A DNA stretch of 63,100 nt, filler included, from Sphacelaria rigidula (Eukaryota), in NCBI GenBank assembly GCA_964200075.2. It is 7 parts of 7 records of this genome, joined end to end, with 100 filler letters (N's around TTAATTAATTAA, not from the genome) between each part and the next. Parts side by side here need not be neighbours in the genome. Positions count along the whole stretch, not along the records: positions 36,118 to 45,045 come from CAXNAA020009731.1; positions 45,146 to 54,073 come from CAXNAA020009732.1; 5 more parts are not named here. One strand, written 5' to 3'. A program made the translations under genes and the position numbers. Below the pieces are notes generated by a model, which searched no databases, had not been told where the DNA came from, and saw only the letters and a list, made by a program, of their open reading frames with translations. This document shows, piece after piece, positions 37,150 to 50,103 of the stretch (positions are counted from its first letter, which is position 1; every line of letters starts with the position of its first letter).

Positions 37150-37870
37150 CAGGTGAGACCGAAAGCGTGCGCACCGCCATCAATCATTCAGGTTTACGGC
37201 GTTCTCTTGACTTCCTACCATCATCAATCCCCCCGTTACATTGTCAGGTCTCCCTCATGACACGTACACGTGCACTGTACGATCCTGTAACGGAGACTGT
37301 TGTGGGGAATGATTTGCGCCGTACGTGTGTAACACTGGGTCTTCCTCCTCGTGTGCATATCCAATTGCTGCGACACCGAGGGCGCCCAGCTACTGCAGTT
37401 TATTGTGGCGGCCGATGGAATGACGTTGATGCACAAGGACATCTCTATGAAGAACTTATTCGTGAGGAACGCAGCAAACGCGGAACAGGCGGAGCTAGCA
37501 GTTGGTGGATTCGGGGCCGCGCAGATGGGGCAGACAAATGTCAGTTGTGAGGGTTTGTGATTCATGTACCCTCATGCTGTGCATGGGACCGGTGTTGCGC
37601 CAAGAAATGAAGAATTTCCCGCACGATAGAAGAGGGTCAGCTTGCTATCTTGCTATGTACAAACGGCGAACTCCATGCTGCTAAACACATATATAGTACG
37701 GCCGTACCCCTGGCACCAGCAAAATGATAAAATGGGTGAAATACCATGCAGGCCAACACAGCACCGCACCGGTAAGGAGCACATGACCATTGGGGGCTGC
37801 GAATAGTGACAGATGTGGAAAGCCGGACGTACTAATGGCGCTTGGATATTTAGCTTGCAACACTGCACGC
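37150..37870 (+). pseudogene. Decayed protein kinase
   Basis: Collinear, frameshifted remnants: PSIIQVYGV...RYIV (IV/V), HKDISMKNLFV (VIb), AVGGFG (VII, DFG-like), PDVLMALG (IX). Confidence 0.55.
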
Positions 37871-38825
37871 GAGCCAGATGACGCTACATTCTTGTTGTGT
37901 ATGCCTTCATATTCCTATTTCATGTACATGAAGTTCGTAGCGGAAGCATCTTATGTCGAGGGAATTTACATACGTCAGAACGCTTGATGTACCTACATGA
38001 AATATCATTATGCAAGCACCGAGATTGAATATTGAATTGTTGTCCTAATTTTGATCGCCCCGTGCGTCGCAACGCAGCATATCGGGCAGGATGCATCCCA
38101 CAACCATGAATAACACCCTTGACCGTCCTTATTTCCTTTTTATTGGCACTTCCACTTCATCTCCCCTCTCCTCCCACTCCGCACCCGTGGAGACATGTCA
38201 AGGCCGGGGTTCACAACCCCACGTCTGTAGTGCTCGGATATACGTACCGCCGTGCGTAGGCAGGGGTCGTGTTGATTCATGCTTAGAGTAGACCGTTGCT
38301 GGACGTTCTGTGGCGACGCTGAAAAGCGCCTCATTTATACTCCACATATGCGCCATGGTGTACAACACGAAGCCTGCTTGCCGCCGCGGAAGTTAGAGCT
38401 TTTGTATTACATATGAAGGTTATTTCCGTGTGCTTTCTTCTGCGTGCTTCTTCTCAACTCCAGGAAGAAGACGAAATTGTCTACCGCTCCGAGGCGTACT
38501 CATGGGAGAACACAAGCCCTCGTTTGGTGAGTGACCCGTGGCAGTCTTCTCGCGCCTCCCGGATGCATACGGCTACCCGATCTGGGTGTCGGCACGCACA
38601 ATGACAACTGAGTTATCACTCAGCGCTGACAATCTGTGTCCCTAAAACTTTCATGTGCGCTTTCACCAAAGTAAATACCATAGTGCGCCCAGCTGCTAAG
38701 CTGTCTGGGTTCTCACACTGGGAAGTGAGAAAAACCGTGTAATCGGCTGTCGAAAGGATGGTCGTCCTCTTCTCGTTTTCAGCTGTGCCACTCTTGTACC
38801 GACATGGAACAGACAATTCTATTAA

Positions 38826-39207
38826 ACGAGGTTGTACGATGAACAGAGGCTCAAACCCCAAAACAGTGCTTTCCTCACACTTTGAGCGATGGTGTCCAAT
38901 GGCGTTTTTGTCGGCCTAATGCCTCTCGATCGCGTAGATACTCTTTCAGCGCATTCTACCGACTCTGTGAGCTTACAGCGCTGACCGGAACCGTCGTTTC
39001 GCGTGATATCACGCCTCTCCTGCAAAATGAGGGAAAATGACGGTTTCGGTCAGCGCTGTAAGCTCACAGAGTCGGTAAAATGCGCTGAAAGAGTATCTAC
39101 GCGGTCGAGGGGCATTAGGCCGACAAAAACGCCATGAGGCACCACCGCTGAAAGTGTGGGTAAAGCACTGTTTCGGGCTCGAACCTCATTTCATCGTACA
39201 ACCTCAT
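38826..39207. mobile_element. Foldback MITE flanked by TTAA
   Basis: Inverted arms of about 175 bp; a related tip lies at 35960-36017. Confidence 0.85.
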
Positions 39208-39956
39208 TTAACATATGCATCTGTTTCGGGCATCATCGCGGAACCTCTGCTCAGTCTGCGCGCAAAACCTCAACTAAACATCGCCAGTTTACACACACTG
39301 AAACGGCCTGTGATGGTCAAACGCATGAGGATACAGGGCGCCAACATCGACAGCACAAGCGTTGGCTGTGTACGAGGTGAAAGGATAGAAGACGCGTATC
39401 TACATGAGATCAAAGTGCCTGCCACTGATTCAATTTTTCTCTTTTATGTACTTGACACAATATCCGATCGATTTTACAGATCGAGTTCATCAACAGGCAA
39501 ATGGTCGAGGAAGGCATCGCACGCGAACACATAAAGCTGGATAGGCAACTGACGTTCTACAACGACATGTTCGGTTGGGCAAGGACGGCGTACGAAGCTC
39601 TGACCCACTATTCCCCACCCGACATACTCCTCGGCTCAAGATCACAAGGTGCGACCGAGTGAAGCCTGTGGTTACCCGGTTTGCGCACAGATTATACGCG
39701 ACGTCGCGGAGTGGAATAAGATGTCATATGCCGTACGTGTTCGCGATGGGGTACACCCTCGGGCAACCTGAATTACCAGTTGATACCCTCGGTGCTCTGG
39801 GTGAGGGTCGAGTTTTGTTCATCACACTCTCTGCTCCGCCTTAACTGGTTTCACGATGTACCAGAAAGCCTGTCGGGGCGGGGGGACTGTGCGCAGTACA
39901 GCGGTCAACGTAGGTGTTATGGGTTCATGGAATCGGAAACATTTCGTAGACTATCG

Positions 39957-40376
39957 AACAATGAATTCTCGAAAATGGGATTGAAAAAAATGAGGTTCAA
40001 ATCATAAGCCGTGCTTTCCCTTCCCTGGACTCATGACAAATAACAATCATACGGACGACCTCATCCCTCCCGACCTCCCTAAAACTATTTCGGGGGATTC
40101 CTGGCCTTCCGTTCCCCCAGAGGATATGCGCGAAAGCACACTTTTGCCGCGATTTCGGGGTGAAAAAGGACGTTTTTCGGCCCAAACCTCGTGCTTTTGC
40201 ACATAGCCTTTCTTTGGGGGAACGGAATGCTAGAAATCCCCCGAAATAGTTATAGGGAGGTCGAGAGGGATGGGGTCGTCCATATGAAAGTCATTTGTCA
40301 TGAATTTAGGTCAAGAAAAGCATGGCTTTGACTTGAACCTAATTTGTTTTCAACCCCATTTCGAGAATCCACTGTT
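39957..40376. mobile_element. Foldback MITE with 4-bp TSD
   Basis: AACAATGAATTCTCGAAAATGGG / CCCCATTTCGAGAATCCACTGTT; ATCG on both sides. Confidence 0.85.
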
Positions 40377-41369
40377 ATCGGTTATCTTCGCTGGTTCTCG
40401 TAGATGTTTGGCCACCTTCACTCGAACGTTCGAGAATCGGTAGATATTGATACAGGCTGGTTCACGCTAAACACCCAAAAAACACTTACCGGCAAAACCT
40501 CATGTCATTTCAAGAAGTTATACCGTGAAAGTTCGCACAGATGTTCTATGGGGCATTTCACAACTTTCGGAGGTCCCAGTTTTCTAGAGGGAACATCGAT
40601 CCAGTCGGACCCCCGTAAAACGGTAAAAAAATGGAAAATAGCAACCCTCGTTCATCCGAAGTTGCATCATGATCAATAACACAGTTGTGCAAAATGTCAG
40701 GGTCTAACTTCTCAAAACGGCGTGAGGGTTTTCGCTTTTGTGCTATGAACTTTCCCGTGCCGCGGTAAAACCTGTAGCCGAATGATCCCACGCCGTAGGT
40801 TTCAGTAAAACCGCATGCATGCTTGAAGCAGTGGGAGGGAACAGGGAATACTGGATCGATGGCCCTTTTCTGTGTGGCCCCTTGCTGTCTGGCTCGTGGT
40901 GTGATCTGTTGAGGATCATTCCGTGATAATAACAAGTTAGAAGAAAGGACTTGTCGAGCACGCGGCCAGCGATACTGGAGGAGTCCCTCGTTGAATGCCC
41001 TCTTGTCCAGATCGTCTAACAGAGGCTATAATATCTAGATATTCTTCTCGGCACTCTCTTGGAGGAGTTTGGCTGAGGAGAGGGGCCGCAGCTGGAAGCC
41101 AGTTTGGGCCCCCATGTGTGTTGTATCCGCCTGTAAAAGTCTTTCCTTCTTCATCGATGCCTGGCTGGGGGACAGGAAAGCCGTCCTCCATAAGGTTTTC
41201 AGAACCATCTTTATTTTGTGCATTCAGCTCATAATACTCAAACTCTCTAGCTTTCACAGGTCTTGCGAAACCGGTGCAGTTTGTTAACGTGACCACTACT
41301 GCGCAGACGGGAGGTAGCTATGATCCGGTTTGCCTGCCGTACTGCCGACAGCGTCGCGTGAAAGCCACA

Positions 41370-43487
41370 AGACCCTTGCTGTCGGCGGTTGATGGCGTGG
41401 GTCTCGAATGCAACGACATGCAGTTGATCGCAGAGCACTCTCGTCTCCCCTCCCGAGTTGTGATTATCCATGACCTCCTGACATCGGAATAGTTATTAGT
41501 TATGGGAAGGTACTCGTGCTGTACCGAGCTGTCCACGCGACCACCGTGTGTATGCTGCAGATTGCCTATGCGCCACGCTAGCGACAGTTAGGTCACCACC
41601 ATAAGTATCTTTTTTCACTTCGCATGTCAAAAAGGTCTCTACAAGTGTTTGATCTCTCATGCACCCCCCTCAACTGGCGTGTGGCACGCCCTTCTGCTCG
41701 CGCGCCCGGCTTGGGGAGGTCGGCGAAAATCAGCGATGAATAACACCTCCTAAGTTCAAATTGGATATATCTGTTATTGCCGCCGCAGCACCGCCCTTGC
41801 TGGCATGTGTGTGACAGAGAACAGTAGTAGCGGTGACGGGAACATTGCACTACTTTCCCAACATGTTTTCTAGCGCACAGAGGCGCGTCCTGTCCAAAAG
41901 GAGAGCAAAAGAGAGATCGATCTTCGCGTTGGCGACAGGCAAGAAGAGACGACTGAATCTCTCCGCACGTCGATGCTCTGGCACATGGGAAAATGGCGCA
42001 TCCTGGTGAGATCGTTGATGCCAGTCTCTCGAGAGTTTGCTAGTCGCCGAGCGGGGACACACAAAGGACACGGGCGAGGAGCTTCCTCTCTCCCGTTGCT
42101 TCTCTCTCATATCGTCATCGACACGCGTGTACACCGCATTCGTTAGGTGCCCCTAGCCACAGGTGCTCAACTGCTGCGGACATTTGGGGGGGAAGATGGC
42201 TTCGCTCAGTCGGAAGTGTTTCGCGTCTTCCCTGCAAGAGAGAAATTCCACTTAACCACCATTTTTTTTATAAACATCATTTTCCAAGATCCACCGACCT
42301 TTGCTGTCGGCGGTTGATGACGTGGGTCTCAAATGCAAAGACAAGTGATTGATCGTGAAGTACTCTCGTCTCAGCTTATAATGCATGATCTCCTCCCATC
42401 GGAATAACTCTGGAAAGCTACTCGTACTGTACCGAGGTGTTCACGCGACCAGCGTGTGCTCCAGATTGCAGCATGGACGGACTCCTATGCGCCACGTTAG
42501 CGACAGTTAGGTCACCATCATACGTATTTGAGTCATCCTACGATAGGGGAGGGGGTATTTGGTTGCACGAAAGAAAAAGCTCGTAAGTGTGTCAGACATC
42601 CTTCCACACTTACGTTGCGCTTGTATTTGGTTCCAAACGGTGTCAGGCAGGATGGATGAGCGTTATTGATCTCCAACAAGCTTGTTCGAATAACCGTTGC
42701 TGCTTTCAACGACGATCTGACTCGAAAGTTCGAACAACAAATGACCCAAAATCCCCCCCCCCCTATCGCAGGATGACTCATTTGTTTTCACTCTGCATGT
42801 CAAGAAGGTCTCTCTCTACATGTGTTTGATCTCTCATACACCCCTCAACTGGCGTGTGGCACGCTGTTCTCATCGGCCACCCAGAGGGTCAGATGTGGGA
42901 AAAATCAACGATGAAGAACACCCCCCAAGTTCAAATTGAATCTATTTGGTATGGCCGCACCACCGCCCTTGCTGGCACGTGTGTGACAGCGAACAGTAGT
43001 AGCGGTGACGGGAACATTGCCCTGCTTTTCAATGACATGTTTGTCAGCGCACAGAGGCGCGTCCTGTCCAAAAAGAGAGGCACAGAGAAATCTATCTTTG
43101 CATTGGTGAGCTCGACAGGCAATTGTAAGAAGCGAGGAAAACTCTCCGCAGCTCGATGTTTCGGCACATGGAAAATTGGGCACGTGCTGGTAGCATCGAT
43201 GATGCCAGTCTCTCGAGAGATTGGTAAACGCCGAGCGAGGACACACTAAAGACACGGGCGAGGACCTTCCTCTCTCCCGTTGCTTCTCTCTCTGGTGATA
43301 TCGTCATCGACACGCGCGTACACCGCATGCGTTAGGTGCACCTAGACACAGCTGCTTAAGTGCTGTGGACATTTGGAGGGGCAGATAGCTTCGCTCGGCC
43401 GTGAGTACTTCGCGTCGCCCCTGCAAAAAAGAAATGCCACTTCAACCTCTTTTTTTAGATGGACCCCATTTCCCAGGATCCACTGTT
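41370..43487 (+). repeat. Diverged tandem duplication of a ~0.93-kb unit
   Basis: TTGCTGTCGGCGGTTGATG at ~41375 and ~42300; units collinear; same right end at 27089-27161. Confidence 0.85.
42530..42779. mobile_element. MITE with GAG..CTC termini and 4-bp TSD
   Basis: GAGTCATCCTACGATAGGGG / CCCCTATCGCAGGATGACTC; TSD ATTT; absent from the paralogous site near 41605. Confidence 0.9.
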
Positions 43488-43489
43488 TG

Positions 43490-44070
43490 TTGAAGATCAT
43501 GGGAATATTCAAACAGGATTACTTTCGGCAGGGTATTTTTTCCCGTGTTTCTAGTTGTCTCGTTCTCGTTTATTTGGGAGCACGAAAACACGGGTTATGC
43601 CGCCAATGTCACGAAAACGTGAGAGCAAAGCAGTTGAAAAATATTGAGCATTGCCTTGGCCTTAGCTAGCAGCAAGCACAAGACCGTGCAATGGGCCGTT
43701 GGCGAATTGAACAGGGCACAGGAGCACGGTAGCACTGGAATGGTTTGCCGCAAAACAATCACCCTGCTGATAAAAAAGAAGGCCCCGTGATATGGAAGCC
43801 ACAGTGGTGTATGAAGAACATGCCAAAAATGTTCCACGTCGTGTCTTTGTGGCACGAGAGCTACTTTGAACTCTTGCACCTCGGAAAAATCACACACGAC
43901 CTACGCCGGCGGTTTCGCCTTCGGCCTCCGTTCGAATTCCCATATATCCGAACGACATCCGATAGCACATGCGATGCTTTATTCAGCCACGATCAAAACT
44001 GTACATTTAGATACAACAGCCTCTCTTAACCATATATTTTCGACTTGCATCACCCCCAATATGCCCGTAC
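43490..44070 (-). repeat. Second copy of the ~600-bp interspersed repeat
   Basis: Shares CATCGCATGTGCTATCGGATGTCGTTCGG and further blocks with 15485-16155. Confidence 0.8.
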
Positions 44071-45045
44071 CAACCTCCCGAAGGGGATCCTTATACATAT
44101 ATATATATAGAGAGAGATTCCCCAATTTTGGGATCAGACATTCATTGTGGTGAGTCCAAGAAATCGCAAAACTTGAAAATATTGCTTTCAACTGAAACGC
44201 ACTATCTCTGATGCTGACTGCTATATGTAGCACCTCTAACAGCCTGGGTCCGTTTTTGAGGTTCAACAATTGGGTGAGGTTGAAAATTCATTTGTTTCGT
44301 CCAATAGGCTCGGGATTCGCAAGCGGTTTCGACCATGTAGCCCAAACCAAGAAGTTTCTGTACGGTAGCCCAAGCATCATGAACAGTCGGACAGAAAAAC
44401 CACCGTCATTGTGTGACATCTTTTTTGAGCAGGACCTGCGTCTAAGCGCTACGGAACACGTCACAAAGCATACATGCTGAAAACACACTTCTTTGGACTA
44501 GTCATCAAGTTTCGAGCGCCTCTTGTTAAGTATCTGAGAGAGACTTCATACTGTTGCGCCGGCGACGACCGCCGTCAGCGAAACCATCCAATACGGCGAC
44601 AGACGTCAGCGATCTTTGAAACCCAGCATCATCCAGCAGTCTGCTGAGATACACCATCACCAGAGTACAGCATCACTACAGTGCAGTCGTCTATTTGGAA
44701 CAAATGGATGCCCCACAATAAAGCTGCAAATACACACAACGGAGGTAAGGGTTAGCTCCACGCTTGTGGTTGTTTCGCCAGTGGCGCCCGTGCGAGGCGC
44801 TTCATCCAGTGTGAACCAGCTTTCACGCCTTGTATGGCCACTTCCGCCGTGACTATGTTGGGAAATGGTTTCGGGGTGGGGCTGTCGAAGGATACTGTAG
44901 TGCGACGCGCTTGCAAAATCCGAGCCGTTTTTATTTATTTATTTGGAACCCGCATCAGCTGTAGTTTGAATATCCCTCCTGTCGGTCTCAAGGGGGGTCT
45001 GAAGTAGCGACGGAAAGTGCTGGCACCCTCTCCCTCTCCCTCAGA

Positions 45046-45145
45046 NNNNNNNNNNNNNNNNNNNNNNNNNNNNNNNNNNNNNNNNNNNNTTAATTAATTA
45101 ANNNNNNNNNNNNNNNNNNNNNNNNNNNNNNNNNNNNNNNNNNNN
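45046..45145. other. Artificial contig linker
   Basis: N44-TTAATTAATTAA-N44. Confidence 0.98.
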
Positions 45146-45294
45146 TAGAATCGTTAGGAGCCTCTGAACCAGACAAAATTTCGCGAAAAAAGTGCACCCC
45201 TACCGTAGCATTGCTCACAACATCACCAGATGACAGCAACAAGAACAAAATAAAACAAACACAAACAGAAACACCAAACAACACAACAAGATGG

Positions 45295-45800
45295 TTATCT
45301 CGCATTACGTGCAGTAGCTGATTGGAATACTCCAGCTTGTGATGATGAGAAAAAAAAGGGGAAAAATGATCGAAAATAATACGAGAGACAAGAAGACAAA
45401 GCCAGGCTCGTTTCCGGGGGGGGGGGGATGCACAGACGAAACAAAAACAGACAAGAAACCACCGAACATAGTGCTTTACGTATCATGCGTAGGCTATGAT
45501 GAGTTGGTGTTGGTACTGTCGGTGCATCTTGGCCTGCAGCTTTCGCGTGCCGTATCGCTGCCTCTGCGTCATCCTTTTGGCACCAGTCCGCCATGAACCC
45601 TTCTGCTCCCTGTTCAACACAGCTGTGCCACTCTACTACATTCAAGGCTCTGGTAGCCCACCCCTGCCATTCGATACCGAACGCCTTCATGTCTTCCATG
45701 TGTTCTTGTCTTTACATTAAAAAAACGCTCCGACCTCTGCACGGTACTTCGTAACATCGTATTGGGCATCTGATGCGGATGCCTCCCGTGGTTACAAGCC
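45295..45800 (-). mobile_element. RTE-like LINE C-terminal fragment
   Basis: EDMKAFGIEWQGWATRALNVVEWHSCVEQGAEGFMADW. Confidence 0.65.
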
Positions 45801-45869
45801 ATCTACCCCCCCAAAAGGTGGTGAAGGATCGCTACTTGTGGCAATCAGGAAAATAAAATCCTGAAAAAT

Positions 45870-46630
45870 TGCCTTCTGGGTTCTTCTGCGCGTCGTTCAA
45901 GACCCCAAGAGACACTTAGGCGGATGTTGACACCTTGGAATGCCTTGCTCTTCCAGCTGAGACGATTCCAGGACACCTTTGCGTTTCCCGGTGGTGTCCG
46001 CAAATCTTGTGGGCAAACCTGGAGTGATGCTACGGAAGGGGTGCACAGATATTTCATGAGGTTAGAATTGTCAAGAGCCCTGTATCTCATTCAAAAAACC
46101 ACTCATGAAATATGTGAGAGTACGCCAGGATTACTATTCCGATGTGCTAGATGCTCCGACCCACACTGTCGTACATCTAGAATCGTTAGGAGCCCCTGAA
46201 CCAGAAAATAATTTGCGCAAAAAGTGTATCCCTACCGTAGCATTGTTCCCTGCGTTTTTGCCCAAGAACAAAAATCGAGACTAAAGAGACCTGCTGTTTG
46301 ACTAAAAAAACGCGAAAAACGCTGAGGTGTCCTGGAACCGTCTCATCGAGTACATCAAAGGCTTTCCAAGGTTTCCGCTTAGTCGTCAGTTAGGGCGTAA
46401 AATGACGCACAAGGGCCAAAAGGGCGGTTTTACGGGATATTTTTTGTTTGTTCCAAGGTTCAGACAAATGATTTGACCGGTCTCCGAGAAAAAATGCAAG
46501 TTTGGGCAAAATAAAAACCGCGGCCGCGGGAAACACTCACAGGTGAGTTGGAGCCGTCTCAACGAATACAGGAAGGCATTCCAAGGTGTCAGAATCCGCT
46601 CATCTGTTTTTTAGGGCGTAAAGCAGTTTG
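45870..46630. mobile_element. Palindromic repeat family E, compound copy interrupted by a family D MITE
   Basis: Same arms as 1495-1865; one forward and two reverse arms. Confidence 0.68.
46022..46248 (-). mobile_element. Sola2-like MITE, family D, nested in a family E repeat
   Basis: TIRs; perfect 4-bp TSD CCTG. Confidence 0.85.
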
Positions 46631-48059
46631 AGAAAAACAATCGGCTCCTGTTGGAACACTTCCCCTCTTGCATCCTCGAGTCGGGCGCCACGTTATTTCA
46701 AGACGTATGTGCAGAAAAGAAGATGGGACACGAACGACTCATGCTTCCATAGGGGAGAGGAGGAGGAGGAGGAGGAGATATGTTGGCCAGGATTTCTTAC
46801 GCGAAATTCCACTTCAAATCGTGGTTGAAAGACAATTAATTGCTGTCCGGACGCGCTTGTTGCCGGTAAGTAAGGCTCATTCATACTGCTCGACACCTAC
46901 TTTTACCCAAATACATGGGCACCGCGAGTGAATAAGGTCGTGTGACACACTTAATGAGCCTGTTTCTTCGTGGAACCAACCCCCCCCTTCCTCATCGTTG
47001 CATGACTCGAAAACCGATCGCGGTCATGGATACGGAGCATGATAAATCCAGCAGCACAACTAAGGCCCATATACGAAAAAGAGCACCCCGGTATGGTCGG
47101 GTTCGTTTGCTCTGATGATAGCACGCTGCGCGTCGAGTGCGCCCTCTTTATTCATGCCATGTCGGTGGCTCAAGAGTCCCCTATTGCGAATCGGTTGTCT
47201 TCAACCCCTACTAGCACGTCAAGTTGTTCCTATCCGTGAAAGCAGCAGGAAGTGGCGTGCAAAACTGCAAAACCCCACACCACATCACTGTACTTGCTAT
47301 AAGGTACAATGACTGTTGACAGTGATCATGAACAGATGAGGGCATGCTGTTGTTGTCTTTACATAAATAAACCCGTATCGATATCTGCGCACTGCTTGCT
47401 TCTATTCCCGCGGTGGGCACCTGATGCGGACGCATGCCGTCGTCACAGCCTACTACTACCCAATATAAGGCGGACTGAAAATAAAAATTTCCGGTGCCGC
47501 AGGCGACAATTCGGACTACTGGAGGCAGAGCCCAATGTTTCCACTCGGCACGCGAAGCCAACAGAGGTGGAGCCAAAATCATGAACTAAAGATCAGCAAC
47601 AGTAGCGAGCAAGATCGCATGGAGTATCGAATCACTACACGAAAAAAACTATCCATCGACAATTCTGACCACAGATCGCACCTCCCACCACATCGACGCG
47701 CAGTGCTCTGTGCGCCATTAAACTTCGATACCCTCCGTGAATACCGGAAATTCCGATTCGGTCAGCCCAAATCCGCAAGTTCTCGTCCACTGTTATTTTT
47801 TCCTTGGCTGAATTCGGTGGTGTAACATGTGATCACGGATTTCGGTCCAGCATACCATTCATATCCACCACGGCTACATACCAAAATGACTAGAGCTCGG
47901 AAATGGCACCACTTATAACTGGCCATCATCATCATAATGGTATTAGAGATGATGGTTACATGAAAAATTTGGATCGTGGTTTCAAACCAGTATTTACCGT
48001 TACCGGCTTGATAAACTGTTACCGGCAACGTATGCTAATTTCGGCGCGTTACGGGAGGC

Positions 48060-48760
48060 CCATTGAGGATTCCTGCTGAGGTGCCTCAATAAGCATACCT
48101 CGAGCCGCAGCGCCCCTGACCACCACATCATGCTGCCATACCACGAGGTCCTCGAACGAATTAGCTGCGAGTGCATTGGGGCCACCGTGATGAAGCGAAC
48201 CCTCCTACGCGCCGGCCGCGTTGGGCACATGCAAGGTGAACACCTCCCCAACATCGTCATGCGTGGAGTCATGGTTGGGGGGGAAAGGAGGGCAGGCCGA
48301 CCAGCAAAGCGCCTACAACACTGTATCACGGACTACTGCTCGTAGATCGGAATAAATGCGACATCGTGGACGCAGGTTGCCCAAGATGTGTCCGAATGGT
48401 TCCGAGTTGTAGAGGAGGAGGCTAACACGTACATGACAGCCTGGACGAAAGCACACCACGCTAAGGAACTATTTGCTGTGCTACCACTAGATCTCCTCCA
48501 GTGCCTACCGAGGAACCTCAAGAAGTAACCAGTAGTCCATCGGGTAGTGCACTCACTAGTACATCTGCGATCTCTCCCAACAGCTGTGGTGGTGGTCAGC
48601 GAGGGTGCCTGGGGTTGTTTCTCGAGTTGCCTCCCGCCAGGTGGCCGTGCGAATCCCTTTGTGTCATTTGCTTTTTTTTCTCTTTTTTTTTGTTTCATCC
48701 CGTTGAACTCAGGGAAGCTACTTCTCATGTTTTCCCTTGGCGTCTCTTTTCTTATTTTCA
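48060..48760 (+). mobile_element. RTE-like LINE C-terminal fragment
   Basis: LPYHEVLER...RAGRVGHMQGEHLPNIVMRG...RRAGRPAKRLQHC...WTQVAQDVSEWFRVVEE. Confidence 0.75.
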
Positions 48761-49435
48761 TCTTGGTAATATTTTAGTTGATTGCGTTCGTTCCTGTAAA
48801 TAGGCTGGAGTCTCAGACAGGAAGGATAGAGGACCAAATGTTTCAAAAGGAATAGCAGGGACGGTATTGGAAAGACGAGCCTACGTCCGTGACCACGGGT
48901 TCGAGAGATCGGACAATTGTGCAGAAATAATATTGATAAATGCCACATACACCCCTTGAAAATTGGACTAAAGTCGACGTATTTTTTAGCTTTAGTGCAG
49001 CCAAATCGCGTAGAAACGTGCCTCCGGCACGGCGCCTACAGCGGAGCCCTCCGGGGGCGCCTCCTCCTCTGCTAGAGGGGGGCTTTTTGGCTCGCGGCTG
49101 TGCCAATCGATGACCAAACCAACATTCACCTTTTTATTGCTTAATAATGAGACAAAGCAATTCCGAGTCCTAAAAATGACACATGTTAAACCCTGGCTCA
49201 GTGGCCCACCATACCGTGCCGTGTGGAGATATTGAAACAACCCCAAGGCCGCATATGGCTCAAAGAACATCGTCGTGCGGGTAAGACATCTAGGGTAGCA
49301 CGACAATCTCCAAATACCGTCACAGACGGAATGATGACTCAAATTTATACACAGCGTTCGTCAGAGAAGCAGATCGCTCGACCTGATGGAAGCAAAACCT
49401 GGTGGGATACCGATTTTCTGGGGTGCTTGACCATG

Positions 49436-49803
49436 ACTGTGTGTGTGTGTGTGTTGTCGTCCCATTTATTCTGGGCACCAGTCTACACCTTTCGGTACAT
49501 GTGGGCGCACCAGCCGGGGTCACACAGGAGGAAAGTCAACACGCGAGCTTTTTCTCTTCAAGTTGTTTTCAATACCCCACCTTCCTTTTGCGGTGCTTGC
49601 CTTCATCCTTTATCGCGAGAGGGGTCCAGCGGTCCCTTTTCCTCGTCGACCGTGGAGTCGAATTTTGTGTACCCACGACATAGTCGCTTTTCACTGTTGG
49701 GCATGGTGTAAAAAAAGATTCCAGATCGCTCCGGGAATCGAACTCCTCTACTCAACCATCAGAAGGTAACGAGGTTACCAACTGAGCCCCCGGGGCGACC
49801 GGC
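49436..49803 (-). mobile_element. tRNA-derived SINE with (CA)n tail
   Basis: GGCTCAGTTGG A box, GAGTTCGATTCC B box; 3' part resembles 57240-57312. Confidence 0.72.
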
Positions 49804-49852
49804 TGTATGTAGTATAATAGTGTTGGAAGATGGGCACGAAATACGTAGCCTG

Positions 49853-50103
49853 GAGGGATGCTACGGAAGGGGTGCGCGAATATTTTCTGAGGTTACAATT
49901 GTTGGGAACCATTTATCTCATCCAACAGTTATGAAATATGTGAGAGTACGCCGGGACTACTATTCCAAAGTGCTGGGGATATCCCGAATGGATTTGCAAA
50001 CGGGGGTGCCCTGACCCATATTCTTGGGCATCTAGAATCTTCAGGAGCCCCTGAACCGGACAAGATTTCGCACAAAAAGTGCAACCCTACCGTAGTATTG
50101 CTC
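49853..50103 (-). mobile_element. Sola2-like MITE, family D
   Basis: TIRs; flanks CCTG / CCCG; partial copies also at 45146-45216 and ~51655-51779. Confidence 0.82.

Noticed and set aside
49725-49803. tRNA genes here and at ~15050, ~55530, ~57790
   Set aside because: A/B boxes are present but no convincing cloverleaf; three of them run into repeat bodies and microsatellite tails, so they are SINE heads.
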